Source of the DNA: a virus
Taxonomy: Duplodnaviria > Caudoviricetes
DNA length: 38,739 bases
Virus record (IMG/VR): IMGVR_UViG_3300022217_000059
Span: 1 to 38,739 of that record
Reading direction: 5' to 3' (one strand)
In this document: positions 8,101 through 16,266 of the stretch, in pieces
How positions within the stretch are numbered: the stretch's first letter is position 1
Layout: each line of letters begins with the position of its first letter
Program-made: the position numbers and the translations under genes
The notes under the pieces: generated by a model
Told to the model about the DNA's origin: nothing
The model's database searches: none
Seen by the model: only the letters and a program-made list of their open reading frames with translations

Positions 8101-8982
8101 ATGTGTGTTATTGTTAGTAAGGGGGCTGGAATTGAACTGCCTGAGAAAGATGTATTACAACAGTGCTTTAATCACAACGATGATGGTGCTGGATTGATGA
8201 CTCTGAAGGATGATAAGGTTCTTATCAAGAAGGGGTTTATGACGTGGGATGCCTTTGAAGAGGAGCATGAAAGGTTGGTTACTGATAGGATTATTACTGC
8301 GGATTTACCTGTAGTCTATCACTTCAGGATTGCCACCAATGGTAAGACTATGGGGGGAAACTGCCACCCTTTCCCTGTTTCTAAGAGTCTTAGGGCTTTG
8401 AGAGAAACGGATATGCTTACCGAAGCAGGTATCGCACACAATGGAATACTATCTACCTATGGTGAGGGTAGGACTGGGGAGTGGAGTGACACTATGGACT
8501 TCATAAGGAAAGAGATTGCAACACGTCCCAGTATTAAACAAATAGTACTGTCTGGTTTTGAGAATGACGACGACCTAGATGTACTTGATGACAAACTAGG
8601 TTACGGCAACAAGATGGCGATACTTACCCCTGACTCTCTTGTGCGGTTTGGTGCCTCCAGTTGGAAGGAGGATAAAGGTATCCATTTCTCCAACCTGAAC
8701 CATAAGAGGAGTAAGAGGGCTGGTTGTGGTACTGCAAGTGTCAACTATAGTGGGTATACCAAAGGAACCTATGTACTTACTAGAGAGGAGAAGGTTAAAG
8801 AACATTTCCGTGAATTCCTTGATTCCTTTTGGACTGAGTACACCAACTCTAAGGGGCTTTGTGACTTCGACAAGGCATTCGCAAAGGCATGGGGAGAGTT
8901 CATTAGTAAGGCAGATACCGATACCTTCTTTGAACTCTATGATGTGTTAAGGTCTTACAGATATGGAGAGTACCTATCATGA
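8101..8982 (+). CDS. class II (Ntn) glutamine amidotransferase
   Basis: N-terminal MC, NDDGAG, HFRIATNG, NCHPF, HNGIL, SDT. Confidence 0.9.
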   Translation: MCVIVSKGAGIELPEKDVLQQCFNHNDDGAGLMTLKDDKVLIKKGFMTWDAFEEEHERLVTDRIITADLPVVYHFRIATNGKTMGGNCHPFPVSKSLRALRETDMLTEAGIAHNGILSTYGEGRTGEWSDTMDFIRKEIATRPSIKQIVLSGFENDDDLDVLDDKLGYGNKMAILTPDSLVRFGASSWKEDKGIHFSNLNHKRSKRAGCGTASVNYSGYTKGTYVLTREEKVKEHFREFLDSFWTEYTNSKGLCDFDKAFAKAWGEFISKADTDTFFELYDVLRSYRYGEYLS

Positions 8983-9590
8983 CTAAAAATAACGGGATAT
9001 CTGTGTGTGATTATTGCGGTGTTTACCAGTACACTTACTTTATGAACTTCGGCAACCATACCGCTAGGTGTTGTTTTAGATGTAAGTGTATTCATGAGAC
9101 TTATAATCATGAAGAGAGGAGGTGTAAATTGTGTCCAAAGGATGTAGTAAGACATATTCCAGAAGTAGGAGATTTGGTTGTTAGCAGAGTTACTAACACT
9201 CCCTACCTTTGTCACTCAGTAGATGAAGAGTGGATTCACTTGTATGATGTGAAGAAGCTGGGAAAGAAGGTGAAGGTTAAAATAGGTATCAACTTGCCTA
9301 CAAACTTACGTCTTATCGCAAGGAATGTAATAACCAAAGGAAAGGAGCAGATAAAGAAGTGGGCTGGCTATGAGGGTAGGGCAGTGGAAAGTATGGATGG
9401 TGTGACATACTTCCACCCGATAAAGATTGAACAGGTAAGTAAGAAGAAGTTTAATATGGTGCTTAACCGAATATCTGGAAGGGTAGAAAGGTATAGCAAT
9501 ATAAAGCTGAAAAAGGTTAGGCGAATCCTTCGCCAGTGGGATAGTTTAGGGATGCGAGTGTGTGAACTTGATTCTCTAAATTGGAGGTGA
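8979..9590 (+). CDS. hypothetical protein, Cys-rich N-terminus plus PEVGDLV SH3-like domain
   Basis: CDYC..CCFRCKC..CKLC; ATGA coupling. Confidence 0.7.
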   Translation: MTKNNGISVCDYCGVYQYTYFMNFGNHTARCCFRCKCIHETYNHEERRCKLCPKDVVRHIPEVGDLVVSRVTNTPYLCHSVDEEWIHLYDVKKLGKKVKVKIGINLPTNLRLIARNVITKGKEQIKKWAGYEGRAVESMDGVTYFHPIKIEQVSKKKFNMVLNRISGRVERYSNIKLKKVRRILRQWDSLGMRVCELDSLNWR

Positions 9591-9594
9591 ATAT

Positions 9595-10098
9595 ATGAGC
9601 AGTGAGTATGGCACTGTCGGAAGTAGTGGGCTAAAGTTTGATATTATTAATATAGACTACCGTAAGAATGAGCTAACTCTTAAGCCTATAACTATAAACC
9701 TAAAGCATCCTGCAAAGAGCGAGGTTAACTATGGTAAAAGATTAAGGGTTCGTATCTCTGAGAACTATGTATTTGACTTCCAAACTAGAGGACTGTTAGA
9801 CCCAGTGGAAGGTTGTGACTGTAGTAATTGTAGTGCAGTTAGGTCGGGGGAAGCAGAAAGCAATGCAAAGTACATACTCTGGCTACCTACCTCTGGTTCT
9901 GGATACGGTGACGAATATTCATTTATAGTGCCTTTTACTATATTGGATGATTTTAGGGAAGCGGTATATTATGTGAATAAGAAGTATGGGTACAAAAAGG
10001 TTGATTGTGGTTGTCGTTCTGCTGTGCTGTGCAAGATGCATAGTAATAGAGAGAGTATAACTTTTAGAGGTGGAGATGCAAAAATGGCAAGGATGTAA
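9595..10098 (+). CDS. Cys3His-tag family protein 1
   Basis: near C-terminus CGCRSAVLCKMHSNRESITFR. Confidence 0.8.
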   Translation: MSSEYGTVGSSGLKFDIINIDYRKNELTLKPITINLKHPAKSEVNYGKRLRVRISENYVFDFQTRGLLDPVEGCDCSNCSAVRSGEAESNAKYILWLPTSGSGYGDEYSFIVPFTILDDFREAVYYVNKKYGYKKVDCGCRSAVLCKMHSNRESITFRGGDAKMARM

Positions 10099-10801
10099 AG
10101 AGTGTACGTTGTTGGGGTCTGAGTATGTTCCACCCACACTACTACAAGATAGTGACCTACTAATAATAGGACAGAATCCTGGGGAGATGGAGGTGGAAGC
10201 TGGGTATCCTTTCTGTAGTAAAGGTAAATGTGGAAGGGAACTTAGAAATAAGCTGAGAGGTGTTAAGTTCAAATACAGTATATGTAATGCGGTTGGGTGT
10301 TATACTGAGAGTAATAGAATACCCTCATCTAAAGAGATTGCTAATTGTCTGTTTAAGGTGGCGGAAGCTATAAACTATACCAACCCCAAACTTATACTTG
10401 TGCTTGGCAAACCAGCACTTAAATCAGTTACTGGTTTAACTACAGCTATTACTAAGTTGAATGGGCATATCCTTGATGACTATAAAATACCAGTAGCTGT
10501 GTCTGTTCATCCTAGTTATGGTGTAAGAGGTAACACTAAGGTTTGGGAACAAGGGATACTTCCTGCTCTAAGGTATTTTGATAAAGAGAGGCCAGTGGAG
10601 TATGAGGAGACTACAGAGCTACCTGTTATGAAGGAGGCTGGCTTTGATATAGAAACCTCCTCTCTCAAACCAATAGAGAAGGGTAGACTAAAGTGTTTCA
10701 GTGTATCAGATGGTAAAGTAACTAAATTTGTGGAGGTGGAAAATGCCGTTAGGGAGAGTGTGGCCAAGACCAATAGTAGCGAGAAGAGGGAGGAGGATTG
10801 A
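10070..10801 (+). CDS. family-4-like uracil-DNA glycosylase fused to the ExoI fragment of a PolA 3'-5' exonuclease
   Basis: CKEC, IIGQNPGEME, NAVGC, RIPSSKEIANC, PKLILVLGKPA, VHPSY; then AGFDIETSSL. Confidence 0.88.
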   Translation: MEMQKWQGCKECTLLGSEYVPPTLLQDSDLLIIGQNPGEMEVEAGYPFCSKGKCGRELRNKLRGVKFKYSICNAVGCYTESNRIPSSKEIANCLFKVAEAINYTNPKLILVLGKPALKSVTGLTTAITKLNGHILDDYKIPVAVSVHPSYGVRGNTKVWEQGILPALRYFDKERPVEYEETTELPVMKEAGFDIETSSLKPIEKGRLKCFSVSDGKVTKFVEVENAVRESVAKTNSSEKREED

Positions 10802-11060
10802 ACCTCCTTTCAAAGTAGGGGATAGAGTAAGATACTTTAATAGAAAAGCTAGGTATTTAGGTAAACCTGCTAGGATAATTAACATAACGCAATATCCTTG
10901 GGCTACTAATGTAACACTTAGATATGAGGGTAGTGGAATGTGCTCATACTACCACACAACAAAATACTTAGTTAAGTTGAAGAAGAAGATTGAGAGAATC
11001 ACCTGTTGTAAGGGAGCTGTGTCTTGCTCCAAGCATAGGAGCGTAACATTTAGAATCTGA
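10743..11060 (+). CDS. Cys3His-tag family protein 2
   Basis: GGAGGT SD; FKVGDRVR; ends CCKGAVSCSKHRSVTFRI. Confidence 0.85.
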   Translation: MPLGRVWPRPIVARRGRRIEPPFKVGDRVRYFNRKARYLGKPARIINITQYPWATNVTLRYEGSGMCSYYHTTKYLVKLKKKIERITCCKGAVSCSKHRSVTFRI

Positions 11061-11082
11061 CTGAGAGAATGAAAGATTTTGC

Positions 11083-11111
11083 TTGACAAACGAGTTCAAA
11101 TATGGTATAAT
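11083..11111 (+). promoter_or_regulatory. consensus sigma70 promoter
   Basis: TTGACA-17 nt-TATAAT with extended -10 TG. Confidence 0.9.
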
Positions 11112-11158
11112 AGGTTTTGCTAGGCGGGTAGGATTGCTCCCCTGCAATAGGAGGATAT

Positions 11159-11485
11159 ATGGTTAGAGTTGGAGATATAGTAAGAGTAAAGGAGAATGTG
11201 GATGAAGTGCCTATCTCTCTTACACACCGTGAATTTATAGGTATGAGAGGTAAGGTACTTAAAGTATATGGTACTGGTGCTTTTAAGATGCTAGACATTT
11301 ACTTCGAGGACTTAGCAGACTATGATGATGGTCATGAGCTGGATGGTTCTTATGGATTTAGGTATGGTGGGTGGACGCTTCCCAGTACAGAAGTTAAATT
11401 AGCTAGGACTAGTCACAGCTACTGCACTTCTTGTAAAGGAGCTGTAGCTTGTACTGACCACAGGAGTATGGAGTATAGGGGGTGA
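11159..11485 (+). CDS. Cys3His-tag family protein 3
   Basis: VRVGDIVRV; ends CTSCKGAVACTDHRSMEYRG. Confidence 0.88.
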   Translation: MVRVGDIVRVKENVDEVPISLTHREFIGMRGKVLKVYGTGAFKMLDIYFEDLADYDDGHELDGSYGFRYGGWTLPSTEVKLARTSHSYCTSCKGAVACTDHRSMEYRG

Positions 11486-11486
11486 T

Positions 11487-11756
11487 ATGTTTAAAGTTGG
11501 TGATAACATTATAATGAGGAAGAATAGAGGCAGTGTTGTGTTCCCAGATGGTAGTGAAGCGATAGTTATACGCTCAAAGTACAAAAAAGATGGAGAAACT
11601 GTTATAGATATAAAGTTTACTGAGGGCAATGGAGCTGTACACAAGGGAGAGCGTGTATGGGGGATTGGGGTACATAGATTTGAGAGATGTCAGCCTTGTA
11701 AATGTAGGGGGGCAGTTTCTTGTAAGAGACACCGAGTAGTAGAGTTCAGGAGGTAG
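11487..11756 (+). CDS. Cys3His-tag family protein 4
   Basis: FKVGDNII; ends CKCRGAVSCKRHRVVEFRR. Confidence 0.88.
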   Translation: MFKVGDNIIMRKNRGSVVFPDGSEAIVIRSKYKKDGETVIDIKFTEGNGAVHKGERVWGIGVHRFERCQPCKCRGAVSCKRHRVVEFRR

Positions 11757-11757
11757 T

Positions 11758-12027
11758 ATGATTGAAGTCGGAGATATAATTGTAGCTATAAATTGTAATA
11801 AGGATATTCTTGGCTCGTGGTGCAAGGTAACTAAGATAGTAAAGAAACAAAAGTTTGGAGCATCTACTGCTGAGGCGGAGTACTTCGGAGATTGGACTAC
11901 TCCAGTTGGGAATCATCTTGTTGGTTGTCTTGAGGAGAGTAAAGTTAGGTTAGTCGAGACTATACCTTGTGATTGTTACGGTGCAGTCTGCTGTAGATTA
12001 CATAAAGATATCGAATTTAGGGCTTGA
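11758..12027 (+). CDS. Cys3His-tag family protein 5
   Basis: IEVGDIIV; ends CDCYGAVCCRLHKDIEFRA. Confidence 0.88.
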   Translation: MIEVGDIIVAINCNKDILGSWCKVTKIVKKQKFGASTAEAEYFGDWTTPVGNHLVGCLEESKVRLVETIPCDCYGAVCCRLHKDIEFRA

Positions 12028-12052
12028 CATCTGTCGGCAAATGTGCTATAAT
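12024..12052 (+). promoter_or_regulatory. consensus sigma70 promoter whose -35 box overlaps a TGA stop
   Basis: TTGACA-17 nt-TATAAT with extended -10 TG. Confidence 0.9.
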
Positions 12053-12071
12053 GTTTTAGGAGGTCGGGAAA

Positions 12072-12380
12072 GTGCCAAAATTTAAGGTTGGTGATTTGGT
12101 CAGGCTTAGAGAAGATGTAATTTTCCACCATAAATGCAGGGAAGGTAAGATAATAAGGATATATGAAAAAACTGGTACTGACTTCTGTGTTATGTTTGAA
12201 GGGTGGAGAGACGGGCATGATGGGTCTTTAGCTGGAGATGTGAACTGGCAGTATAAAGACTCAAGAAACTGCCGTTGGTTTACTGCACGCTCACTAATAC
12301 TAATTACTATAGAATCTTGCATCGGATGTTATGGTGCTGTGTCCTGTAAAAATCACAGGGAAATAGAATTTAGGGTTTAA
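12072..12380 (+). CDS. Cys3His-tag family protein 6
   Basis: FKVGDLVRL; ends CIGCYGAVSCKNHREIEFRV. Confidence 0.88.
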   Translation: MPKFKVGDLVRLREDVIFHHKCREGKIIRIYEKTGTDFCVMFEGWRDGHDGSLAGDVNWQYKDSRNCRWFTARSLILITIESCIGCYGAVSCKNHREIEFRV

Positions 12381-12403
12381 CAACAATACTTAGGGGGTTG
12401 GGA

Positions 12404-12751
12404 ATGGCGGCTACAATTAGAGTTGGTGACTTAGTATCTTATGTAGCAACAGTAGGAAGCAACCGCTATGCTGTCATACGTGGTAGGAATAAAGATAGTA
12501 TGCCAGAGTATAGGCACGAACCAGAGTGTGACAGACACCAGTACTGGGGTGCCTGGGCTAGTTCTGCTAAAGAAGCACTTAAAGAGTACAAAAATAGCAA
12601 GGCGCAGGTAGGATGGATGCCTAATCATAAACTCACTGTTATAAGAAATGTAAGGGTGTACAATACTAGGTGTGGCTGTTACGGTGCGGTGTCGTGCAAA
12701 CAACATAGAGATATAGAATTCAGAGGGGGTGGTGATGTACATATTTGGTAG
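12404..12751 (+). CDS. Cys3His-tag family protein 7
   Basis: IRVGDLVS; ends CGCYGAVSCKQHRDIEFRGGGDVHIW. Confidence 0.88.
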   Translation: MAATIRVGDLVSYVATVGSNRYAVIRGRNKDSMPEYRHEPECDRHQYWGAWASSAKEALKEYKNSKAQVGWMPNHKLTVIRNVRVYNTRCGCYGAVSCKQHRDIEFRGGGDVHIW

Positions 12752-13400
12752 AGTTCAGCCTACTACTAGGGCTATTGCAGAGGCTATTCCTTGTTTAAGA
12801 GGACGGAGACTAACCAGAATACGTAGGAGAAGGTTGGTAGTTAATTGGGGTCAGTTCCGAGATTTTAGTGACTGTTCCCGTGTGCTTAATGAGAATGCTG
12901 GGAGGAATAAGTACACAGAGCTTAGCTTGTTACATAGGGCTGGAGTACCAGTACCTAGATTTGGTAGAGATATTCCAGACTATGAGTATCTTGGTAGGCG
13001 GAATTCTCATACCAGAGGTAGAGACATTGAGCTTAACGGAGATGGAGACTTCTTCACCGAGCTTATATATAAGAAAGGAGAGTATAGAGTACACGTATTG
13101 GGAGATGACGCACCAGTAATAACCAAGAAGAAGAAGATGAGGGAGGATGCAGACTCTCTGGTGTGGAGTCATGGGAATGGATGGAAACAGATTAGGTATA
13201 GAGAAGGAGGTAGGTATTATGCGAAGTTACAGGAGGTAGGACACGATGCAGTTAAGGCGTTGGACTATGATTTTGGGGCTGTTGATATTGTCATTGATAG
13301 GGATACTGAAAGGGCTATAGTTCTTGAGGTAAACTCTGCTCCTGGACTCATAGAAGATAGGGTGGATGAGTATGTCGAATACTTCAGAGGAGAGGAATGA
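12735..13400 (+). CDS. ATP-grasp ligase (RimK-like, phage type)
   Basis: VVNWG, NKY, EYRVHV, DFGAVDI, LEVNSAPG. Confidence 0.9.
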   Translation: MYIFGRVQPTTRAIAEAIPCLRGRRLTRIRRRRLVVNWGQFRDFSDCSRVLNENAGRNKYTELSLLHRAGVPVPRFGRDIPDYEYLGRRNSHTRGRDIELNGDGDFFTELIYKKGEYRVHVLGDDAPVITKKKKMREDADSLVWSHGNGWKQIRYREGGRYYAKLQEVGHDAVKALDYDFGAVDIVIDRDTERAIVLEVNSAPGLIEDRVDEYVEYFRGEE

Positions 13401-13642
13401 AGATAGGGGACAGAGTAAAATACTGGGGAGGTTGTAGTGAGTGGTATGGACAATCCTGTACTATAGTTAAAACTTCCATAATTAGTTCTTGCTTCGTCAT
13501 TAAATTTGGAGATGGAGAGACTTGGACTTGTAACAAATCCTACTTAAGTGCGTTATACCAGAATATAATAGATTGTGGTTGTAAAGGTGCTGTTGCTTGT
13601 CTACAACACAGAGACATGGAATACAGAGGAGGTTATGTATGA
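13397..13642 (+). CDS. Cys3His-tag family protein 8
   Basis: KIGDRVKY; ends CGCKGAVACLQHRDMEYRGGYV. Confidence 0.88.
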   Translation: MKIGDRVKYWGGCSEWYGQSCTIVKTSIISSCFVIKFGDGETWTCNKSYLSALYQNIIDCGCKGAVACLQHRDMEYRGGYV

Positions 13643-13854
13643 AGAAAGCGATTAGTGTTGGGTTCAGTTTTATGCCGGAACCCTACGAACCAATAAAGAT
13701 TAATGTTTCTATTGAAAGGGAGGAGAATGAGGTAGATACTATAGCACTGGCAGGAGAAGTGAAGAAGGCACTTCAGGATGTATCTGAGGAGTTTGTAGCT
13801 TCTATTCAGAAACTAAAGAAGGAGATTATGGACGAACTCTCTGACGAGGAATAA
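13639..13854 (+). CDS. hypothetical protein
   Basis: GAGGAGG SD, ATGA overlap; YEPIKINVSI followed by a helical C-terminus. Confidence 0.75.
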   Translation: MKKAISVGFSFMPEPYEPIKINVSIEREENEVDTIALAGEVKKALQDVSEEFVASIQKLKKEIMDELSDEE

Positions 13855-13959
13855 GAAATGGAGGTGGGGCATCATGTATTTCGATGCGGGGATTGTAGTA
13901 AGTATACTATTGTTTGTTATAGGTCTATTCTGGATGCAAAGTAGACAAAGGAGGTAGAT

Positions 13960-14094
13960 ATGGTACTGCGTTGTAGTTGTAAACACGAGTATCAGGATAA
14001 GAAGTACGGCAAAGGTATGAGGTATCACAACGAAACGAGAAAGATACAACAGCCATACAGGTGCACTGTATGTGGAACCGGAAGGAGTAAGTAA
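13960..14094 (+). CDS. 44-aa Zn-binding miniprotein (not in ORF track)
   Basis: AAGGAGGT SD; CSCKHEYQDKKYGKGMRYHN...RCTVCG. Confidence 0.75.
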   Translation: MVLRCSCKHEYQDKKYGKGMRYHNETRKIQQPYRCTVCGTGRSK

Positions 14095-14360
14095 TGGGTA
14101 AGAGCGTTAAGTTAGGTAGGGGTTGGAAGGCTGCTGAGGGCAAGTCTTGGGTTGGTACTGTTAAACTTAGTAGGGCGGAGGTAATCTCTGCACTGGAGCA
14201 GACAGATGATAATGAGGATATTTCACTCATGATTTTCACCAACGACTTCAAGAAGAATGATAAGTCACCAGATTTCTACTTGAACTTCTCACCGAGAGAC
14301 GAGAAGAAGTCAGTGTCGAAGCAGATTGTAGATAGCACTAACCGCAAGTCTATATTTTAA
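14094..14360 (+). CDS. small putative ssDNA-binding protein (DUF736-like)
   Basis: GxGW...GTVKL...FTNDFKKNDKSPDF pattern; start of the replication block. Confidence 0.5.
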   Translation: MGKSVKLGRGWKAAEGKSWVGTVKLSRAEVISALEQTDDNEDISLMIFTNDFKKNDKSPDFYLNFSPRDEKKSVSKQIVDSTNRKSIF

Positions 14361-14369
14361 GGAGGATTA

Positions 14370-14549
14370 ATGAAAATACGTGAGATAGCAACGATAGGTA
14401 TATTCTTTGTGTTTGTTGTAGGTGCTGTGATTGGTGCGGTTACAGGTGATGAGTTCAATGTACCTGAGAGAGAGTATCAGGCGGTAACCTACGATGAAGA
14501 AGGTGTTAAGGTATTCCTAGACGGTATTGATTGTGAAAGAGTAGAGTAG
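14370..14549 (+). CDS. 59-aa membrane-anchored protein (not in ORF track)
   Basis: AAGGAGG SD; N-terminal TM helix IGIFFVFVVGAVIGAV. Confidence 0.7.
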   Translation: MKIREIATIGIFFVFVVGAVIGAVTGDEFNVPEREYQAVTYDEEGVKVFLDGIDCERVE

Positions 14550-14557
14550 TTGTCACC

Positions 14558-14651
14558 TGTGGTGGGGTGGCGTTGTAGCCTGACTATGAGAGGGATACGA
14601 CCTACAAAGTCCGATAGCCCTTACGTCGCAGTACAAACTGCCTCCACCACA
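14558..14651 (+). other. long intergenic imperfect hairpin (candidate structured RNA)
   Basis: TGTGGTGGGG/CTCCACCACA outer stem, with inner TTGTA/TACAA, TGAC/GTCG, GAGGG/CCCTT and GAC/GTC pairings. Confidence 0.5.
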
Positions 14652-14670
14652 CCCCCAACAAGGAGATAGT

Positions 14671-14793
14671 ATGTCTATTAAAGTTAAGTGTAATATATGT
14701 GATTTTACTGGGGAGTTGTGTAGTGAGACTACTACCGAGATATTCTTTAGGCACTGCCCCTGTTGTGGGGAGAAAGGATTGTTACCAGTATGA
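14671..14793 (+). CDS. 40-aa Zn-ribbon miniprotein (not in ORF track)
   Basis: AAGGAG SD; CNIC...CPCCG. Confidence 0.7.
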   Translation: MSIKVKCNICDFTGELCSETTTEIFFRHCPCCGEKGLLPV

Positions 14794-14963
14794 ATTATAG
14801 GTGTTCTTATTGCGGAGAAGTCTACTGGGATGGCTTAGAATTAACTTTGCAAGTAAGTGAGATGGCAACACATTTACTTATTACCCACGAGGTAGAACCA
14901 GAAAGAATACTAGAAGCACTACTAGAAGCACTAGTAGATAGTGACCATATAGAAAGGGTATAA
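14790..14963 (+). CDS. C2H2-like Zn-finger miniprotein
   Basis: CSYC...HLLITH; ATGA coupling. Confidence 0.65.
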   Translation: MNYRCSYCGEVYWDGLELTLQVSEMATHLLITHEVEPERILEALLEALVDSDHIERV

Positions 14964-16087
14964 TGCTTAATACAGATTTAGAGTTCAGTTTCTTACGCCT
15001 GTGCTTTGATAAGCCTAGTCTATGGGTATTGGAGTTTACTCCTACTGATAGACAGGTTGATTGGGTGCGGTTACAGGTGGAGAAGTATCGGCGGAAGTAT
15101 AATAAGTACCCTGAGTTCAATGTATTCCTTGACTACTTAAGGGGCAGGTGCGAGTCACAGCAGTACGAGTTTGTTGTAGAGAAGTTGAACCATCCTCTTG
15201 AAGCAGAGTATGTAGAGGATAAAGTTATTAGATTCTTAGAGAGAACTAGGCTTGAGAAAGCTATGTTTGATGCAGAAGTACTGATAAGGGCAGGGAAGGT
15301 TGACGAAGCTAAACTGATACTACTTAAGGGGACGGAGTTAATTGCTCCAAAGTGTATAGATTATGATGAGTATGTTGAGGAAGAGGAGCTTATACATCGT
15401 ATTCCTACTGGTCTTGGTACTATTGATGACACGCTAGAGGGGGGACTACCCAGACACAACTTAGCTCTATTGGTTGGGCCGAAAGCTAGTGGTAAGAGTC
15501 TCACTATGGTTAATCTTGGTGCGAATGCTAGGATGCTTGGCTACAATATCCTACACATATCCTTTGAAGATAGCATCAGACAGATAAGGAAGAGGTATAG
15601 TAAGAAGTTTGGCACCTATAAGGACGACTGGGGTAAGTTAATGATTAATGAGTTCCCATCCGGTGGTGCTACTGTAGCTGACTGTGAAGCATTGACTTCC
15701 TTGTATAGACCTGATGTAGTTATTGTGGATTACCTTAATGAGATGGGTAGTGGGAAGGATAGAGCTAACAGAAGTGAGGAGTTGGGAGATTCTGCTAGAG
15801 GATTGAGGGGTATGAGTACTAGGCACAACTGTACAGTTATTACCGCACAACAGGCTGGCAGGAGTGCTAAGTTCTCAGAGGAGAATGTATCAGCAGAAGA
15901 TGCGTTCTGGTCTTATGAGCCCTCACAGGTAGCAGATGTAGTAATTACTCTTAACCAGACTAGAGACGAGAAGAGAGATAATCACATTAGACTGGTGTTA
16001 GATAGGAATAGGAATGGAGAGGATGGATTAGAGTACAAGTATAATATAGATTATAGTATGATGCGGATGAAGGAGGTGGGGTTATGA
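14963..16087 (+). CDS. SF4 (DnaB-like) replicative helicase
   Basis: IPTG..ID..L.GG, Walker A GPKASGKS, ISFE, VIVDYL, TAQQ, RNRNG. Confidence 0.9.
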   Translation: MLNTDLEFSFLRLCFDKPSLWVLEFTPTDRQVDWVRLQVEKYRRKYNKYPEFNVFLDYLRGRCESQQYEFVVEKLNHPLEAEYVEDKVIRFLERTRLEKAMFDAEVLIRAGKVDEAKLILLKGTELIAPKCIDYDEYVEEEELIHRIPTGLGTIDDTLEGGLPRHNLALLVGPKASGKSLTMVNLGANARMLGYNILHISFEDSIRQIRKRYSKKFGTYKDDWGKLMINEFPSGGATVADCEALTSLYRPDVVIVDYLNEMGSGKDRANRSEELGDSARGLRGMSTRHNCTVITAQQAGRSAKFSEENVSAEDAFWSYEPSQVADVVITLNQTRDEKRDNHIRLVLDRNRNGEDGLEYKYNIDYSMMRMKEVGL

Positions 16088-16266
16088 AGGTAAGCGAACT
16101 AATAGATATACTGAAGGAGAGAGTATTTCACACTGGAGATGTGGATATAAGAGTAGAAATTCCATATAAGAATGGTAATGTTCTTGATATAGATATTGAA
16201 GATGTTATTAATCAGGAAGGATATTACCACACAATAACATTACTTGGAGATGGAGAGTGGAGATAA
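16084..16266 (+). CDS. hypothetical protein
   Basis: AAGGAGGT SD; MKVSELIDIL start typical of small phage proteins. Confidence 0.7.
   Translation: MKVSELIDILKERVFHTGDVDIRVEIPYKNGNVLDIDIEDVINQEGYYHTITLLGDGEWR

Noticed and set aside
9595-13642. Tag array as CRISPR, integron cassettes or a diversity-generating retroelement
   Set aside because: Similarity is at protein level with synonymous variation; no identical DNA repeats, attC-like palindromes, integrase, reverse transcriptase or adenine-specific TR/VR pair seen.
13858-13957. Two overlapping 27-28 codon ORFs (one TM-like, one with CxxC)
   Set aside because: Cannot tell which, if either, is real, so neither is listed as a feature.
14580-14630. 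Hammerhead ribozyme or tRNA in the structured gap
   Set aside because: CTGACTATGA is not the CUGANGA core and GAAA is missing; no cloverleaf or TTC T-loop.
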